Source of the DNA: Candidatus Limnocylindria bacterium
GTDB taxonomy: Bacteria > Chloroflexota > Limnocylindria > P2-11E
DNA: 64,000 bases
Assembly (NCBI GenBank): GCA_036001645.1
Contig: DASYUC010000045.1
Location: forward strand, 14-64,013
Reading direction: 5' to 3'
Part shown: positions 61,457 through 64,000 of the stretch, piece after piece
Position numbering within the stretch: position 1 is the first letter of the stretch
How the letters are laid out: each line of letters begins with the position of its first letter
Notes under the pieces: model-generated
What the model saw: only the letters and a program-made list of their open reading frames with translations
The model's database searches: none
What the model was told of the DNA's origin: nothing
Made by a program: the position numbers and the translations under genes

Positions 61457-61879
61457 TTACGCGCGCGCCCCCGCCAGCTGGCTGGTGCAGTACCGGCAGC
61501 GCGTCGCGGACTCCAGGATCTCTTCACCGCAGAACGGACAGAACTTCGTTGGTGCGGCTTTCGGGAGCATCGACCGCGCGATGAGGAACACCACGAACGC
61601 GACGACGATGAACGTGATCACCGTATTGATGAACACGCCGTAATTGATCGTCGCCGCGCCCGCGTCCTGCGCCGCTTTGAGGCTGGGGTAGCTCCCATCG
61701 GAGAGGTTGATGAAGAGGTTGTTGAAGTCGACCCCGCCGAGAAGCTTCCCGACCGGCGGCATGATGATGTCCTTCACGAGCGAGTTGACCACGGCCGCCA
61801 GGGCCACGCCGATGATGAACGCGAGGGCCAGTGCGAGAACGTTCGCTTTGAGCAGCCACTCCTTGAACTCGGACAACAT
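61457..61879 (-). CDS. mscL: Large-conductance mechanosensitive channel MscL with C-terminal CxxC..CxxC zinc-ribbon extension
   Basis: The MscL part is FKEWLLKANVLALALAFIIGVALAAVVNSLVKDIIMPPVG...NYGVFINTVITFIVVAFVVFLI. The tail is KFCPFCGEEILESATRCRYCTSQL. Confidence 0.85.
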   Translation of the reverse strand: MLSEFKEWLLKANVLALALAFIIGVALAAVVNSLVKDIIMPPVGKLLGGVDFNNLFINLSDGSYPSLKAAQDAGAATINYGVFINTVITFIVVAFVVFLIARSMLPKAAPTKFCPFCGEEILESATRCRYCTSQLAGARA

Positions 61880-61964
61880 GCCAGGAACCTCCACGCCCTA
61901 CGTCGGTGGAGCAACCAGCATGCTGGGTGCCAGTCGCACGGTCGGCCAAGGGAGCGTTACATGC

Positions 61965-61994
61965 TTGACGAAGGCCACGGCGCCTTGGTAGCCT
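61965..61994 (+). promoter_or_regulatory. Putative sigma-A-type promoter of hrcA-grpE-dnaK
   Basis: TTGACG (61965-61970) is followed by an 18-nt spacer and then TAGCCT (61989-61994), immediately upstream of CIRCE. Confidence 0.4.
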
Positions 61995-61995
61995 T

Positions 61996-62022
61996 TTAGC
62001 ACTCTCGATGGGAGAGTGCTAA
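61996..62022. promoter_or_regulatory. CIRCE operator (HrcA binding site)
   Basis: The sequence TTAGCACTC-TCGATGGGA-GAGTGCTAA is a perfect match to the TTAGCACTC-N9-GAGTGCTAA consensus. It abuts or overlaps the hrcA start codon. Confidence 0.9.
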
Positions 62023-63068
62023 TGGCCCGAAAGAGCGACCAACTCCCACAGCTCGGCGAGCGGCAGCGCGATCTGCTGCGTGCCGTCATCCGCGAGTACA
62101 TCGCCACGGCTCAGCCGGTGGCGTCGGCGGCCCTTGTCCGCCAGTACCGCCTGGACGTCTCGTCCGCGACGGTCCGGAACGAGCTCGCCGGACTCGAGGA
62201 GCTCGGCCTCCTCACGCACCCGCACACCTCGGCCGGTCGCATCCCGACGGACCTGGGCTACCGCTACTTCATCGAGAGCCTGATGCCGCGCCCCAGCCTC
62301 CACCCGGAGGAGCAGCTGACGGTGAGCCATCAATTCCAGCAGGCACTCTCGAATACCTCGGAGTGGCTGCGTCTGGCGGCCTCGACGCTCGCGCGCCTCA
62401 CCACCGAGGCGGCCATCGTCACGCCGCCGGCGACAGGCCACGCGACACTGCGCCACATCGAGGTGGTCCCGATCAGCGAGCGGCGCGCGCTCGTCGTCGT
62501 CGTCTTCGAGGGCGGCGCCGTGGCGCAGCAGCTGCTGGAGCTGCGCGTCGCTACGACACCCGACCATCTGCGTTCCCTCTCGGCGCGCCTCACGGAAGGT
62601 CTCGCGACGCGCGACGCCGCTGGCGTTCGTGGCGCGACCGTCGGTGAGACCGGCGTCGATGCTGAGGTCGCCGCGGCGATCGCCCGCGCGCTGGACGAGC
62701 ACGACGCGACGCGGGCGCACGACATCTACACCGATGGGATCCAGAACATCTTCGCGCAGCCGGAGTTCGCGGGAGGCGGACGGATGCGGGACATGCTGCG
62801 GCTCCTCGAGGACCGCACGCGCCTCATCGGCCTACTTCCGCCGACGCTCGGCGACGACGAGGTGCACGTCGCGATCGGGAGCGAGCACCGGCTCGAGCCG
62901 CTCCGCGGCTGCAGTCTCGTGTTCGGGCGCTACGGCACCGGCACCGAGTACCTCGGGTACGTCGGCGTCGTCGGTCCGACGCGGATGGATTACGCGCGGA
63001 CCATCGGCGCGGTCCGCTACGTCGGTTCACTCATGAGCGATCTCGTTCGAGTCATGGAGGGTCACTAG
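62022..63068 (+). CDS. hrcA: Heat-inducible transcription repressor HrcA
   Basis: The N-terminus is LGERQRDLLRAVIREYIATAQPVASAALV...VSSATVRNELAGLEELGLLTHPHTSAGRIPT. It is preceded by a perfect CIRCE element. The ATG at 62022 is preferred over the GTG at 62016. Confidence 0.92.
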   Translation: MARKSDQLPQLGERQRDLLRAVIREYIATAQPVASAALVRQYRLDVSSATVRNELAGLEELGLLTHPHTSAGRIPTDLGYRYFIESLMPRPSLHPEEQLTVSHQFQQALSNTSEWLRLAASTLARLTTEAAIVTPPATGHATLRHIEVVPISERRALVVVVFEGGAVAQQLLELRVATTPDHLRSLSARLTEGLATRDAAGVRGATVGETGVDAEVAAAIARALDEHDATRAHDIYTDGIQNIFAQPEFAGGGRMRDMLRLLEDRTRLIGLLPPTLGDDEVHVAIGSEHRLEPLRGCSLVFGRYGTGTEYLGYVGVVGPTRMDYARTIGAVRYVGSLMSDLVRVMEGH

Positions 63069-63070
63069 TC

Positions 63071-63631
63071 ATGGACGACAAGGCACGAAAGGCGGAGGAG
63101 CTGCTCCAGGAACGTCTGCGTACGCGGACCAACGGTGAGACGCACGGCGAGACCGCGGGCGCGGTCGTCGACGCCGAGCCGGAAGCGCCGGCGACACCGG
63201 CGAAAATGGAGGAGCTCACGAACGATCTCAAGCGTATGACCGCTGACTTCGCGAACTACCGCAAGCGCAACGAAGCCGAGCGGACCGAGTTCGCCAAGTT
63301 CGCGAAGGCGGATCTCATCGCGAGGCTGCTCGACGTGCTCGACGGCTACGACCGCGCGCTCGCGACCGTACCGGATGAGGTGAAGGGTCAGCCGTGGGTC
63401 GAAGGAATGTGGCTCGTGGAGCGCAAGCTGCGCTCGATCCTCGATGCCGAGGGCCTCGAACCCATCGATTCGCTCGGCAAGCCGTTCGATCCCTACATGC
63501 ACGAGGCGGTCGCCCACGTCGAGTCCGACAAAGCCGAGGGCACCGTCATCGAAGAACATCAAAAGGCGTACCGACTGCACGACAGGGTCATCCGCCCAGC
63601 GTTGGTCACGGTCGCCAAGAAGAAGGAGTAG
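63071..63631 (+). CDS. grpE: Nucleotide exchange factor GrpE
   Basis: The motifs are [13 protein letters not shown]...[12 protein letters not shown]...[19 protein letters not shown]...[23 protein letters not shown]. Confidence 0.92.
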   Translation: MDDKARKAEELLQERLRTRTNGETHGETAGAVVDAEPEAPATPAKMEELTNDLKRMTADFANYRKRNEAERTEFAKFAKADLIARLLDVLDGYDRALATVPDEVKGQPWVEGMWLVERKLRSILDAEGLEPIDSLGKPFDPYMHEAVAHVESDKAEGTVIEEHQKAYRLHDRVIRPALVTVAKKKE

Positions 63632-63636
63632 CGAAC

Positions 63637-64000
63637 ATGCCAAAGGTGATTGGAATCGACCTGGGCACCACGAACTCAGCCATGGCCTACATGGAAGGTG
63701 GGGAGCCCACGATCATCCCGAACTCGGAGGGTGGGCGGATCACGCCGTCCGTCGTCGCGTTCACCAAGACCGGGGAACGTCTGGTCGGCCAGGTCGCGAA
63801 GCGACAGGCGATCACGAACCCCGAGAACACGATCTATTCGATCAAGCGCTTCATGGGTCGGCGTTTCACCGACCCCGAGGTGCAGCGATCGCTGAAGCAG
63901 GTCCCATACAAGGTGAGTCAGGCGAGCAACGGCGGCGTCGAGGTCGTCCTCGGTGACGGCCGCAAGCTGTCGCCGCCGGAGGTCTCGGCGATGATCCTGA
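63637..64000 (+). CDS. dnaK: Molecular chaperone DnaK (N-terminal 121 codons; continues past the right edge)
   Basis: An AAGGAG SD precedes the ATG at 63637. The sequence is [77 protein letters not shown]. Confidence 0.95.
   Translation, partial: MPKVIGIDLGTTNSAMAYMEGGEPTIIPNSEGGRITPSVVAFTKTGERLVGQVAKRQAITNPENTIYSIKRFMGRRFTDPEVQRSLKQVPYKVSQASNGGVEVVLGDGRKLSPPEVSAMIL

Overview
This is a very GC-rich bacterial chromosomal segment, judged by eye rather than computed. It carries about 63 densely packed protein genes. I found no rRNA, tRNA, CRISPR array, transposase or integrase. Because of the GC content, the six-frame track is full of long spurious antisense or N-terminally extended ORFs. I therefore re-derived starts from family motifs, SD sequences and start/stop overlaps. 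Many same-strand neighbours are joined by NTGA or TGATG start/stop overlaps, which implies operons with translational coupling.

Housekeeping blocks:
- coaD-coaX-coaBC
- panB-panE
- an MsiK-like ABC ATPase, a DUF4388 protein, a ROK kinase, then gap-pgk-eno
- rpsT and murJ
- lepA, two small ORFs, then hemW
- CIRCE-hrcA-grpE-dnaK

Blocks worth a second look:
1. A six-gene minus-strand operon (23.9-32.3 kb). It encodes an MGS/GT78-like glycosyltransferase, a GDE-type glucosidase, a GT4 and a tandem-USP::GpgS fusion, with panC and an MFS transporter embedded. It faces a divergent DedA gene plus a PAP2::GH38 alpha-mannosidase fusion.
2. A 36.1-41.6 kb island in which two paralogous polytopic HD-GYP proteins flank a secreted subtilase. 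The subtilase has a novel-looking W-x4 (WENIA) pentapeptide tail. Orphan secreted proteins sit at both ends.
3. Three conserved enzymes (ROK kinase, PanE, HAD hydrolase) whose essential N-terminal motifs lie upstream of any ATG/GTG/TTG. This implies CTG or ATC initiation, or sequence errors.
4. A protein with a nucleoside-deoxyribosyltransferase-like domain and a sigma-region-4-like HTH. It is translationally coupled to an untracked 35-aa basic microprotein and sits next to a Lys/Thr-repeat basic protein.

All family assignments come from motif reading and memory. No searches were run.
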